Positions 1 to 14,135 of a stretch of DNA of 64,000 nucleotides are shown piece by piece (the first letter of the stretch is position 1; each line of letters starts with the position of its first letter). Source of the stretch: the human T2T-CHM13v2.0 reference genome, Homo sapiens. Below the pieces are notes generated by a model. The model was not told the origin of the DNA, searched no databases, and saw nothing but the letters and a program-made list of their open reading frames with translations. A program made the position numbers and the translations under genes. The DNA lies in the NCBI RefSeq assembly GCF_009914755.1, contig NC_060948.1. The stretch is one strand, 5' to 3'.

Positions 1-187
1 AGTGAATAGAATCGAACTAAATCGAATGGAATGGAATTGATAGGAACGGAATGGAAAGGAATGCAATGATTTGGCATGGAATGGAATCGAATGGCATCGA
101 ATGGAATGGAATGGAATGCAATGGAATGGAATGTATTAGAATGTAATGAACTTTAATGGAATGTACTCGAATGGATTCGACTGGAAT

Positions 188-202
188 GGAATGTTCTGGA
201 AG
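188..202. promoter_or_regulatory. Perfect trimeric heat-shock element motif HSE-1 (U1 copy; present in all 18 units)
   Basis: gGAAtgTTCtgGAAg matches nGAAnnTTCnnGAAn. The motif is seen directly; HSF1 binding is inferred. Confidence 0.55.
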
Positions 203-467
203 TGAATGGACTCCAATGGAATGGATTCGAAAGGAATGGGACCGAACGGAATGGAATCTAATGGAATGGAATTAAATGGAAATGAATCAAATTGAATAGC
301 ACGGAATTGAATTGAATGGAATGGAATGCAATGGAATCTAATGAAACGGAAAGGAAAGGAATGGAATGGAATGGAATGGGCTGGAATGGAAAGGAATCGA
401 AACGAATGGAATGGAATCGAACTGAAGAGACTGGAATGGAATGCACTGGAATGGAAGGGAGTGTAAT

Positions 468-482
468 GGAAGGTTCTGGAAA
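468..482. promoter_or_regulatory. Perfect trimeric heat-shock element motif HSE-2 (U1 copy; present in all 18 units)
   Basis: gGAAggTTCtgGAAa in U1-U2 and gGAAggTTCtcGAAa in U3-U18. Confidence 0.55.
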
Positions 483-1488
483 AAAATGGAATCGAATGGA
501 ATGGAATTGAATGGAAAGGAATAGAGTCGAATGGAATTGAATGGAATGGAATGGAATAGAGTGAAATGGAATCGAACCACAAGGAATGGACAGGAATAGA
601 ATGGTCTCGAATTGAATGGAATCGTATGGAATGGCATCAAACGGAATGGAATGGACAGCCACGGAATGGAATGCACTCCAATGCAATGGAGTCGAAACTA
701 ATGGACTGGAATAGAATGGACTCGACTGGTACGGACTCCAATGGAATGGAATCGAATGGAAGGGAATCGAACGGAATGGACTCGAAGGGAAAAGACTGCA
801 ATGGAAAGGTCTCGAATGGAATGGAAATTAATGGAATGGAATGGAATCGAATGAAATGGAGTCAAAAGGAATGGAATCGAATGGCAAGAAATGGAATGTA
901 ATGGAATCGCAAGGAATTGATGTGAACGGAACGGAATGGAATGGAATCCAAAGGAATGGAATAGAATGGAATGGAATCGAATGGAAAGGACTCGAATGGA
1001 AATCACTCGAATAGAATGCAATTTAATAAAATAGGATCAAATGTAATGGAATGGAATGGAAAGGAATCGAAACGAAAGGAATGGAGACAGATGGAATGGA
1101 ATGGAACAGAGAGCAATGGTATAGAATGGAATGGAATCATCTGGAATGGAATTGAATGGAATGGAATAATATGAAATGGAATGGAATGGAATGGAATGCC
1201 CTTGAATTAAATGGACTGGAATGGAATGGACTCGAACAGAGTGGAATGGAAAGTGTTGAAATAGAATGGAATGGACTCGTTTGGAATGGTCTAGTATGCA
1301 ATGCAATCGACTGGCAGGGAATCAAAAGGAATGTAATCGAATGTATTGGACTGGAATGCAATGGACTCGAATAGATTGGAAACGGAAAGCAAAGGAATGG
1401 AATGGAATAGTATGGAATGGAATGGAAAGGAATGGAGTGGAATAGACTAGAGTGGAATGGAATGGACTCGAAAGCAATGGACTGGAAT

Positions 1489-1503
1489 GGAACTTTCTTG
1501 AAT
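1489..1503. promoter_or_regulatory. Perfect trimeric heat-shock element motif HSE-3 (U1 copy; intact in 14 of 18 units)
   Basis: gGAActTTCttGAAt; the last GAA is changed to GGA in U10, U11, U13 and U15. Confidence 0.5.
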
Positions 1504-2951
1504 GGACTGGAATCAAACAGAATGGAATGCAATGCAATCAAATGTCATGGAATAAAATAGAATGCAAGAGAATCAAATGGAATTGAATCGAATGGAATCG
1601 AATGGATTGGAAAGGAATAGAATGGAATGGAATGGAATTGACTCAAATGGAATGGACTAGAATGGAATGGATTCGAATGGAAGGCAAAGGAATGGAATCT
1701 ATTGGAATGGACTGTAATGGAATGGAATGGAAGGGATTGGAATGGACTCGAATGGAATGGACTGCAATAGAAAGGATTCGAATGGAATGAAAAAGAATTG
1801 AATGGAATAGAACAGAATGGAATCAAATCGAATGAAATGGAATGGAATAGAAAGGAATGGAATGAAATGGAATGGAAAGGATTCGAATGGAATGCAATCG
1901 AATGGAATGCAATCGAATGGAATGGAATCGAACGGAATGGAATAAAATGGAAGAAAACTGGCAAGAAATGGAATCGAAATGAATGGAGTGTTATGGAACG
2001 GACTCAAAAGGAATTGAATGTAATAGAATGGAGTGGAGTGGACTCGAATATAATGGACTAGAATGGAATGAAATCACATGGAATGGGAACGAATGGAATG
2101 GAATGGAAAGGAATGGAATGGAATGGAAAGGAATCGAATGGAAGGGAATGAAATTGAATCAACAGGAATGGAAGGGAGTAGAATAGACGGTAATAGAATG
2201 GACTCGAATAGAATGGACACGAATGCTCAAATTGAATGGACTCGAATGGAATGGAAACGAAAGGAATGTCATCGAATGGAATTGAATCGATTGGAATGAA
2301 ATCGCATAGAATGGAGTGGAATCAAATGGAATTGAATCGAAAGGAAAGGAAGCGAATGGACTGAAATGAAATGGAATGGAATTGAATGGAAAGTAATGCA
2401 ATGGAATAGAATGGAACGAAATTTCACGGAATGGAATCAAACTGAATGGAATCAAATCAATGGAATATAATCAAATGGAATGGAAAGGAATTGAATGGAG
2501 TAGATTGGATTGGATGGGATTGGAATGAAATGTACTGGAAAGGACTCGAATTTCATGAAACGGAATGGAATGAATTGGAACGGAATGGACTCGAAAGGAA
2601 TGGAATGACATGGAATGGCATCAAATGGAATGGCATCAAACGGAATGGAATCAAATGCAATGGAATGCTATGGAATGGAATGGAATGCATTGGAATGGAA
2701 TGTCCTCTAATGGAATGGATTCGAGTGGAATGGAATCGAATATAATGGAGTCGAATGAAATGGAATTGAAAGGAATGGGATCGAATAGAATGGAATATAC
2801 TGGAATGTAATGTAATGAACACGAATGTAATTGACTGGAATGGAATGTACATGAATGGAATGTAATCGAATGGAAAGTAATCCAATGGAATAGAATATAA
2901 TGCAATAAAATCGACTCAAATAGAATAGAATGTAATGGAATGGAGTGCAGT

Positions 2952-3020
2952 GCAATGGAATGGAATGGAATGGAATGCAATGGAATGGAATGGAATGGAA
3001 TGGAATGGGATGGAATGGTA
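2952..3020 (+). repeat. Embedded length-variable near-pure (GGAAT)n tract (U1 copy)
   Basis: Follows GAGTGCAGTGCAAT in every unit. The run after the second GCAAT varies from about 4 to 10 pentamers among units. Confidence 0.85.
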
Positions 3021-3544
3021 TGGAATGGATAGTAATGGACTGGAGTGAAATGGACTGGAAAGGACTGGACTCAAATTGAAAGGGCTCGAAAGGAAAGGAG
3101 TCAAATGGAATGGTCTGGAATGGAATGAACACGAATGTAATGCAATCCAATAGAATGGAATCGAAAGGCATGGAATATAAAGAAATGGAATCGAAGAGAA
3201 TGGAAACAAATGGAATGGAATTGAATGGAATGGGAATGAATGGAGTGAAATTGTATGCAGTAGAAGAGAATAGAATGGAATGCAAGCGAAAGGAAAGGAA
3301 TGGATTGGAATGGAATGGAATTCATTGGAATGGAAGGGAATGTAGTGTAATGGACAGGCCTGGAATAAAGTGGAATGCTACGGTCTCGAATGGAATAAAA
3401 ATGTATGGAATGGAATGCAGTGAAACGGAATCGAATGTCATAGAATGTAATGGAATGCAAAAAAATGGAATCCAAAATCATTGACTGGAAAGGCTGGGTG
3501 TCGAAAGGAATTGACTCCAATGGAATGGAATCTAAAGGAATGGA

Positions 3545-6500
3545 AGTGAATAGAATCGAACTAAATCGAATGGAATGGAATTGATAGGAACGGAATGGAA
3601 AGGAATGCAATGATTTGGCATGGAATGGAATCGAATGGCATCGAATGGAATGGAATGGAATGCAATGGAATGGAATGTATTACAATGTAATGAACTTTAA
3701 TGGAATGTACTCGAATGGATTCGACTGGAATGGAATGTTCTGGAAGTGAATGGACTCCAATGGAATGGATTCGAAAGGAATGAGACCGAACGGAATGGAA
3801 TCTAACGGAATGGAATTAAATGGAAATGAATCAAATTGAATAGCACGGAATTGAATTGAATGGAATCGAATGCAATGGAATCTAATGAAACGGAAAGGAA
3901 AGGAATGGAATGGAATGGAATGGGCTGGAATGGAATGGAATCGAAACGAATGGAATGGAATCGAACTGAAGAGACTGGAATGGAATGCACTGGAATGGAA
4001 GGGAGTGTAATGGAAGGTTCTGGAAAAAAATGGAATCGAATGGAATGGAATTGAATGGAACGGAATAGAGTCGAATGGAATTCAATGGAATGGAATGGAA
4101 TAGAGTGAAATGGAATCGAACCACAAGGAATGGACAGGAATAGAATGGTCTCGAATTGAATGGAATCGTATGGAATGGCATCAAACGGAATGGAATGGAC
4201 AGCCACGGAATGGAATGCACTCGAATGCAGTGGAGTCGAAACTAATGGACTGGAATAGAATGGACTCGACTGGTACGGACTCCAATGGAATGGCATCGAA
4301 TGCAAGGGAATCGAACGGAATGGACTCGAAGGGAAAAGACTGCAATGGAAAGGTCTCGAATGGAATGGAAATTAATGGAATGGAATGGAATCGAATGAAA
4401 TGGAGTCAAAAGGAATGGAATCGAATGGCAAGAAATCAAATGTAATGGAATCGCAAGGAATTGATGTGAACGGAACGGAATGGAATGGAATCCAAAGGAA
4501 TGGAATAGAATGGAATGGAATCGAATGGAAAGGACTCGAATGGAAATCACTCGAATAGAATGCAATTTAATAAAATAGGATCAAATGAAATGGAATGGAA
4601 TGGAAAGGAATCGAAACGAAAGGAATGGAGACAGATGGAATGGAATGGAACAGAGAGCAATGGTATAGAATGGAATGGAAACATCTGGAATGAAATTGAA
4701 TGGAATGGAATAACATGAAATGGACTGGAATGGAATGGAATGCCCTTGAATTAAATGGACTGGAATGGAATGGACTCGAAAAGAGTGGAATGGAAAGTGT
4801 TGAAATAGAATGGAATGGACTCCTTTGGAATGGTCTAGTATGCAATGCAATCGACTGGCAGGGAATCAAAAGGAATGTAATCGAATGGATTGGACTGGAA
4901 TGCAATGGACTCGAATATATTGGAAACGGAATGCAAAGGAATGGAATGGAATAGTATGGAATGGAATGGAAAGGAATGGAGTGGAATAAACTAGAGTGGA
5001 ATGGAATGGACTCAAAAGCAATGGACTGGAATGGAACTTTCTTGAATGGACTGGAATCAAACGGAATGCAATGCAATGCAATCAAGTGGCATGGAATAAA
5101 ATAGAATGAAAGAGAATCAAACGGAATTGAATCGAATGGAATCGAATGGATTGGAAAGGAATAGAATGGAATGGAATGGAATTGACTCAAATGGAATGGA
5201 CTAGAAAGGAATGGATTCGAATGGAAGGCAAAGGAATGGAATCTATTGGAATGGACTGTAATGGAATGGAATGGAAGGGATTGGAATGGACTCGAATGGA
5301 ATGGACTGCAATAGAAAGGATTCGAATGGAATGAAAAAAAATTGAATGGAATAGAACAGAATGGAATCCAATCGAATGAAATGGAATGGAATAGAAAGGA
5401 ATGGAATGAAATGGAATGGAAAGGATTCGAATGGAATGCATTCGAATGGAATGGAATCGAACGGAATGGAATAAAATGGAAGAAAACTGGCAAGAAATTG
5501 AATCGAAATGAATGGAGTGTTATGGAACGGACTCAAAAGGAATTGAATGTAATAGAATGGAGTGGAGTGGACTCGAATATAATGGACTGGAATGGAATGA
5601 AATCACATGGAATGGGAACGAATGGAATGGAATGGAAAGGAATGGAATTGAATGGAAAGGAATCGAATGGAAGGGAATGAAATTGAATCAACAGGAATGG
5701 AAGGGAGTAGAATAGACGGTAATGGAATGGACTCGAATAGAATGGACACGAATGCTCAAATTGAATGGACTCGAATGGAATGGAAACGAAAGGAATGTCA
5801 TCGAATGGAATTGAATCGATTGGAATGAAATCGCATAGAATGGAGTGGAATCAAATGGAATTGAATCGAAAGGAAAGGAAGCGAATGGACTGAAATGAAA
5901 TGGAATGGAATTGAATGGAAAGTAATGCAATGGAATAGAATGGAACGAAATTTCACGGAATGGAATCAAACTGAATGGAATCAAATCAATGGAATCAAAT
6001 CAAATGGAATGGAAAGGAATTGAATGGAGTAGATTGGATTGGATGGGATTGGAATGAAATGTACTGGAAAGGACTCGAATTTCATGAAACGGAATGGAAT
6101 GAATTGGAACAGAATGGACTCGAATGGAATGGAATGTCATGGAATGGCATCAAATGGAATGGCATCAAATGGAATGGAATCTAATGCAATGGAATGCTAT
6201 GGAATGGAATGGAATGCATTGGAATGGAATGTCCTCTAATGGAATGGATTCGAGTGGAATGGAATCGAATATAATGGAGTCGAATGAAATGGAATTTAAA
6301 GGAATGGGATCGAATACAATGGAATATACAGGAATGTAATGTAATGAACGCGAATGTAATTGACTGGAATGGAATGTACATGAATGCAATGTAATCGAAT
6401 GGAAAGTAATCCAATGGAATAGAATCTAATGCAATAAAATCGACTCAAATAGAGTAGAATGTAATGGAATGGAGTGCAGTGCAATGGAATGGAATGGAAT

Positions 6501-7093
6501 GGAATGCAATGGAATGGAATGGAATGGAATGGAATGGAATGGGATGGAATGGTGTGGAATGGATAGTAATATACTGGAGTGAAATGGACTGGAAAGGAAT
6601 GGACTCAAATTGAAAGGGCTCGAAAGGAATGGAGTCAAATGGAACGGTCTGGAATGGAATGAACACGAATGTAATGCAATCCAATAGAATGGAATCGAAT
6701 GGCATGGAATATAAAGAAATGGAATCGAAGAGAATGGAAACAAATGGAATGGAATTGAATGGAATGGAATTGAATGGAATGGGAACGAATGGAGTGAAAT
6801 TGTATGCAGTAGAAGAGAATAGAATGGAATGCAAGCGAAAGGAAAGGAATGGATTGGAATGGAATGGAATTCATTGGAATGGAAGGGAATGTAGTGTAAT
6901 GGACAGGCCTGGAATAAAGTGGAATGCTACGGTCTCGAATGGAATAAAAATGTATGGAATGGAATGCAATGAAACGGAATCGAATGTCATAGAATGTAAT
7001 GGAATGCAAAAAAATGGAATCCAAAATCATTGACTGGAAAGGCTGGGTGTCGAAAGGAATTGACTCCAATGGAATGGAATCGAATGCAATGGA
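3545..7093 (+). repeat. DYZ1 unit U2 (3549 bp)
   Basis: Same landmarks; extra EcoRI site at 4078-4083. Confidence 0.93.
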
Positions 7094-10000
7094 AGTGAAT
7101 AGAATCGAACTAAATCGAATGGAATGGAATGGAATGCAATGGAATGGAATGTATTAGAATGTAATGAACATTAATGGAATGTACTCGAATGGATTCGAAT
7201 GGAATGGAATGTTCTGGAAGTGAATGGACTCCAATGGAATGGATTCGAAAGGAATGGAATCGGACGGAATGGAATCTAATGGAATGGAATTAAATGGAAA
7301 TGAATCAAATTGAATAGCACGGAATTGAATTGAATGGAATCGAATGCAATGGAATCTAATGAAACGGAAAGGAAAGGAATGGAATGGAATGGAATGGGCT
7401 GGAATGGAAAGGAATCGAAACGAATGGAATGGAATCGAACTGAAGAGACTGGAATGGAATGCACTGGAATGGAAGGGAGTGTAATGGAAGGTTCTCGAAA
7501 AAAATGGAATCGAATGGAATGGAATTGAATGGAACGGAATAGAGTCGAATGCAATTGAATGGAATGGAATGGACTAGAATGAAATGGAATCGAACCACAA
7601 GGAATGGACAGGAATAGAATGGTCTCGAATTGAATGGAATCGTATGGAATGGCATCAAACGGAATGGAATGGACAGCCACGGAATGGAATGCACTCGAAT
7701 GCAATGGAGTCGAAACTAATGGACTGGAATAGAATGGACTCGACTGGTACGGACTCCAATGGAATGGAATCGAATGGAAGGGAATCGAACGGAATGGACT
7801 CGAAGGGAAAAGACTGCAATGGAAAGGTCTCGAATGGAATGGAAATTAATGGAATGGAATGGAATCGAATGAAATGGAGTCAAAAGGAATGGAATCGAAT
7901 GGCAAGAAATCGAATGTAATGGAATCGCAAGGAATTGATGTGAACGGAACGGAATGGAATGGAATCCAAAGGAATGGAATAGAATGGAATGGAATCGAAT
8001 GGAAAGGACTCGAATGGAAATCACTCGAATAGAATGCAATTTAATAAAATAGGATCAAATGTAATGGAATGGAATGGAAAGGAATCGAAACGAAAGGAAT
8101 GGAGACAGATGGAATGGAATGGAACAGAGAGCAATGGTATAGAATGGAATGGAATCATCTGGAATGGAATTGAATGGAATGGAATAATATGAAATGGAAT
8201 GGAATGGAATGGAATGGAATGCCCTTGAATTAAATGGACTGGAATGGAATGGACTCGAACAGAGTGGAATGGAAAGTGTTGAGATAGAATGGAATGGACT
8301 CGTTTGGAATGGTCTAGTATGCAATGCAATCGACTGGCAGGGAATCAAAAGGAATGTAATCGAATGGATTGGACTGGAATGCAATGGACTCGAATATATT
8401 GGAAACGGAATGCAAAGGAATGGAATGGAATAGTATGGAATGGAATGGAAAGGAATGGAGTGGAATAGACTAGAGTAGAATGGAATGGACTTGAAAGCAA
8501 TGGACTGGAATGGAACTTTCTTGAATGGACTGGAATCAAACGGAATGGAATGCAATGCAATCATATGACATGTAATAAATTAGAATGAAAGAGAATCAAA
8601 TGGAATTGAATCGAATGGAATCGAATGGATTGGAAAGGAATAGAATGGATTGGAATGGAATTGACTCAAATGGAATGGACTAGAATGGAATGGATTCGAA
8701 TGGAAGGCAAAGGAATGGAATCTATTGGAATGGACTGTAATGGAATGGAATGGAAGGGATTGGAATGGACTCGAATGGAATGGACTGCAATAGAAAGGAT
8801 TAGAATGGAATGAAAAAGAATTGAATGGAATAGAACAGAATGGAATCAAATCGAATGAAATGGAATGGAATAGAAAGGAATGGAATGAAATGGAATGGAA
8901 AGGATTCGAATGGAATGCAATCGAATGGAATGGAATCGAACGGAATGGAATAAAATGGAAGAAAACTGGCAAGAAATGGAATCGAAATGAACGGAGTGTT
9001 ATGGAACAGACTCAAAAGGAATTGAATGTAATAGAATGGAGTGGAGTGGACTCGAATATAATGGACTGGAATGGAATGAAATCACATGGAATGGGAACGA
9101 ATGGAATGGAATGGAAAGGAATGGAATCGAATGGAAAGGAATCGAATGGAAGGGAATGAAATTGAATCAACAGGAATGGAAGGGAATAGAATAGACGGTA
9201 ATGGAATGGACTCGAATAGAATGGACACGAATGCTCAAATTGAATGGACTCGAATGGAATGGAAACGAAAGGAATGTCATCGAATGGAATTGAATCGATT
9301 GGAATGAAATCGCATAGAATGGAGTGGAATCAAATGGAATTGAATCGAAAGGAAAGGAAGCAAGTGGACTGAAATGAAATGGAATGGAATTGAATGGAAA
9401 GTAATGCAATGGAATAGAATGGAACGAAATTTCACGGAATGGAATCAAACTGAATGGAATGAAATCAATGGAATCAAATCAAATGGAATGGAAAGGAATT
9501 GAATGGAGTAGATTGGATTGGATGGGATTGGAATGAAATGTACTGGAAAGGACTCGAATTTCATGAAACGGAATGGAATGAATTGGAACGGAATGGACTC
9601 GAATGGAATGGAATGTCATGGAATGGCATCAAATGGAATGGCATCAAATGGAATGGAATCGAATGCAATGGAATGCTATGGAATGAATGGAATGCATTGG
9701 AATGGAATGTCCTCTAATGGAATGGATTCGAGTGGAATGGAATCGAATATAATGGAGTCGAATGAAATGGAATTGAAAGGAATGGGATCGAATACAATGG
9801 AATATACTGGAATGTAACGTAATGAACTCGAATGTAATTGACTGGAATGGAATGTACATGAATGGAATGTAATCGAATGGAAAGTAATCCAATGGAATAG
9901 AATCTAATGCAATAAAATCGACTCAAATAGAGTAGAATGTAATGGAATGGAGTGCAGTGCAATGGAATGGAATGGAATGGAATGCAATGGAATGGAATGG

Positions 10001-10586
10001 AATGGAATGGAATGGAATGGAATGGAATGGAATGGGATGGAATGGTGTGGAATGGATAGTAATGGACTGGAGTGAAATGGACTGGAAAGGAATGGACTCA
10101 AATTGAAAGGGCTCGAAAGGAATGGAGTCAAATGGAACGGTCTGGAATGGAATGAACACGAATGTAATGCAATCCAATAGAATGGAATCGAATGGCATGG
10201 AATATAAAGAAATGGAATCGAAGAGAATGGAAACAAATGGAATGGAATTGAATGGAATGGAATTGAATGGAATGGGAACGAATGGAGTGAAATTGTATGC
10301 AGTAGAAGAGAATAGAATGGAATGCAAGCGAAAGGAAAGGAATGGATTGGAATGGAATGGAATTCATTGGAATGGAAGGGAATGTAGTGTAATGGACAGG
10401 CCTGGAATAAAGTGGAATGCTACGGTCTCGAATGGAATAAAAATGTATGGAATGGAATGCAATGAAACGGAATCGAATGTCATAGAATGTAATGGAATGC
10501 AAAAAAATGGAATCCAAAATCATTGACTGGAAAGGCTGGGTGTCGAAAGGAATTGACTCCAATGGAATGGAATCGAATGGAATGGA
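7094..10586 (+). repeat. DYZ1 unit U3 (3493 bp, shortest)
   Basis: 75-bp deletion at about 7114-7130 and 1-bp deletion at about 9686. Confidence 0.93.
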
Positions 10587-13500
10587 AGTGAATAGAATCG
10601 AACTAAATCGAATGGAATGGAATTGATAGGAACGGAATGGAAAGGAATGCAATGATTTGGCATGGAATGGAATCGAATGGCATCGAATGGAATGGAATGG
10701 AATGCAATGGAATGGAATGTATTAGAATGTAATGAACATTAATGGAATGTACTCGAATGGATTCGACTGGAATGGAATGTTCTGGAAGTGAATGGACGCC
10801 AATGGAATGGATTCGAAAGGAATGGAATCGAACGCAATGGAATCTAATGGAATGGAATTAAATGGAAATGAATCAAATTGAATAGCACGGAATTGAATTG
10901 AATGGAATGGAATGCAATGGAATCTAATGAAACGGAAAGGAAAGGAATGGAATGGAATGGAATGGGCTGGAATGGAAAGGAATCGAAACGAATGGAATGG
11001 AATCGAACTGAAGAGACTGGAATGGAATGCACTGGAATGGAAGGGAGTGTAATGGAAGGTTCTCGAAAAAAATGGAATCGAATGGAATGGAATTGAATGG
11101 AACGGAATAGAGTCGAATGGAATTGAATGGAATGGAATGGACTAGAATGAAATGGAATCGAACCACAAGGAATGGACAGGAATAGAATGGTCTCGAATTG
11201 AATGGAATCGTATGGAATGGCATCAAACGGAATGGAATGGACAGCCACGGAATGGAATGCACTCGAATGCAATGGAGTCGAAACTAATGGACTGGAATAG
11301 AATGGACTCGACTGGTACGGACTCCAATGGAATGGAATCGAATGGAAGGGAATCGAACGGAATGGACTCGAAGGGAAAAGACTGCAATGGAAAGGTCTCG
11401 AATGGAATGGAAATTAATGGAATGGAATGGAATCGAATGAAATGGAGTCAAAAGGAATGGAATCGAATGGCAAGAAATCGAATGTAATGGAATCGCAAGG
11501 AATTGATGTGAACGGAACGGAATGGAATGGAATCCAAAGGAATGGAATAGAATGGAATGGAATCGAATGGAAAGGACTCGAATGGAAATCACTCGAATAG
11601 AATGCAATTTAATAAAATAGGATCAAATGTAATGGAATGGAATGGAAAGGAATCCAAACGAAAGGAATGGAGACAGATGGAATGGAATGGAACAGAGAGC
11701 AATGGTATAGAATGGAATGGAATCATCTGGAATGGAATTGAATGGAATGGAATAATATGAAATGGAATGGAATGGAATGGAATGGAATGCCCTTGAATTA
11801 AATGGACTGGAATGGAATGGACTCGAACAGAGTGGAATGGAAAGTGTTGAGATAGAATGGAATGGACTCCTTTGGAATGGTGTAGTATGCAATGCAATCG
11901 ACTGGCAGGGAATCAAAAGGAATGTAATCGAATGGATTGGACTGGAATGCAATGGACTCGAATAGATTGGAAACGGAATGCAAAGGAATGGAATGGAATA
12001 GTATGGAATGGAATGGAAAGGAATGGAGTGGAATAGACTAGAGTGGAATGGAATGGACTCGAAAGCAATGGACTGGAATGGAACTTTCTTGAATGGACTG
12101 GAATCAAACGGAATGGAATGCAATGCAATCAAATGGGATGGAATAAGATAGAATGAAAGAGAATCAAATGGAATTGAATCAAATGGAATCGAATGGATTG
12201 GAAAGGAATAGAATGGAATGGAATGGAATTGACTCAAATGGAATGGACTAGAATGGAATGGATTCGAATGGAAGGCAAAGGAATGGAATCTATTGGAATG
12301 GACTGTAATGGAATGGAATGGAAGGGATTGGAATGGACTCGAATGGAATGGACTGCAATAGAAAGGATTCGAATGGAATGAAAAAGAATTGAATGGAATA
12401 GAACAGAATGGAATCAAATCGAATGAAATGGAATGGAATAGAAAGGAATGGAATGAAATGGAATGGAAAGGATTCGAATGGAATGCAATCGAATGGAATG
12501 GAATCGAACGGAATGGAATAAAATGGAAGAAAACTGGCAAGAAATGGAATCGAAATGAACGGAGTGTTATGGAACGGACTCAAAAGGAATTGAATGTAAT
12601 AGAATTGAGTGGAGTGGACTCGAATATAATGGACTGGAATGGAATGAAATCACATGGAATGGGAACGAATGGAATGGAATGGAAAGGAATGGAATCGAAT
12701 GGAAAGGAATCGAATGGAAGGGAATGAAATTGAATCAACAGGAATGGAAGGGAATAGAATAGACGGTAATGGAATGGACTCGAATAGAATGGACACGAAT
12801 GCTCAAATTGAATGGACTCGAATGGAATGGAAACGAAAGGAATGTCATCGAATGGAATTGAATCGATTGGAATGAAATCGCATAGAATGGAGTGGAATCA
12901 AATGGAATTGAATCGAAAGGAAAGGAAGCAAGTGGACTGAAATGAAATGGAATGGAAGTGAATGGAAAGTAATGCAATGGAATAGAATGGAACGAAATTT
13001 CACGGAATGGAATCAAACTGAATGGAATCAAATCAATGGAATCTAATCAAATGGAATGGAAAGGAATTGAATGGAGTAGATTGGATTGGATGGGATTGGA
13101 ATGAAATGTACTGGAAAGGACTCGAATTTCATGAAACGGAATGGAATGAATTGGAACGGAATGGACTCGAATGGAATGGAATGTCATGGAATGGCATCAA
13201 ATGGAATGGCATCAAATGGAATGGAATCGAATGCAATGGAATGCTATGGAATGGAATGGAATGCATTGGAATGGAATGTCCTCTAATGGAATGGATTCGA
13301 GTGGAATGGAATCGAATATAATGGAGTCGAATGAAATGGAATTGAAAGGAATGGGATCGAATACAATGGAATATACTGGAATGTAATGTAATGAACTCGA
13401 ATGTAATTGACTGGAATGGAATGTACATGAATGGAATGTAATCGAATGGAAAGTAATCCAATGGAATAGAATCTAATGCAATAAAATCGACTCAGATAGA

Positions 13501-14135
13501 GTAGAATGTAATGGAATGGAGTGCAGTGCAATGGAATGGAATGGAATGGAATGCAATGGAATGGAATGGAATGGAATGGAATGGGATGGAATGGTATGGA
13601 ATGGATAGTAATGGACTGGAGTGAAATGGACTGGAAAGGAATGGACTCAAATTGAAAGGGCTCGAAAGGAATGGAGACAAATGGAATGGTCTGGAATGGA
13701 ATGAACACGAATGTAATGCAATCCAATAGAATGGAGTCGAATGGCAGGGAATATAAAGAAATGGAATCGAAGAGAATGGAAACAAATGGAATGGAATTGA
13801 ATGGAATGGAATTGAATGGAATGGGAACGAATGGAGTGAAATTGTATGCAGTAGAAGAGAATAGAATGGAATGCAAGCGAAAGGAAAGGAATGGATTGGA
13901 ATGGAATGGAATTCATTGGAATGGAAGGGAATGTAGTGTAATGGACAGGCCTGGAATAAAGTGGAATGCTACGGTCTCGAATGGAATAAAAATGTATGGA
14001 ATGGAATGCAATGAAACGGAATCGAATGTCATAGAATATAATGGAATGCAAAAAAATGGAATCCAAAATCATTGACTGGAAAGGCTGGGTGTCGAAAGGA
14101 ATTGACTCCAATGGAATGGAATCGAATGGAATGGA
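10587..14135 (+). repeat. DYZ1 unit U4 (3549 bp)
   Basis: Landmark motif at 10587, HaeIII at 13948. Confidence 0.93.

Larger units (their letters stand above)
1..3544 (+). repeat. DYZ1 unit U1 (3544 bp)
   Basis: Units are delimited by the recurring motif AGTGAATAGAATCGAACTAAATCG, always 188 bp after the HaeIII site; the phase is arbitrary. Private 15-bp duplication at 1891-1920. Confidence 0.93.

Noticed and set aside
2418-2560. Additional HSE-like motifs GAAatTTCacGGA (2418) and GAAtTTCatGAA (2548)
   Set aside because: One has a mismatched third unit and the other has wrong spacing, so they were not counted as perfect HSEs.
1-3544. Internal dimer structure of the unit (two halves of about 1.78 kb)
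   Set aside because: I could not find distinctive motifs recurring at a half-unit offset by eye. A masked self-dotplot would be needed.
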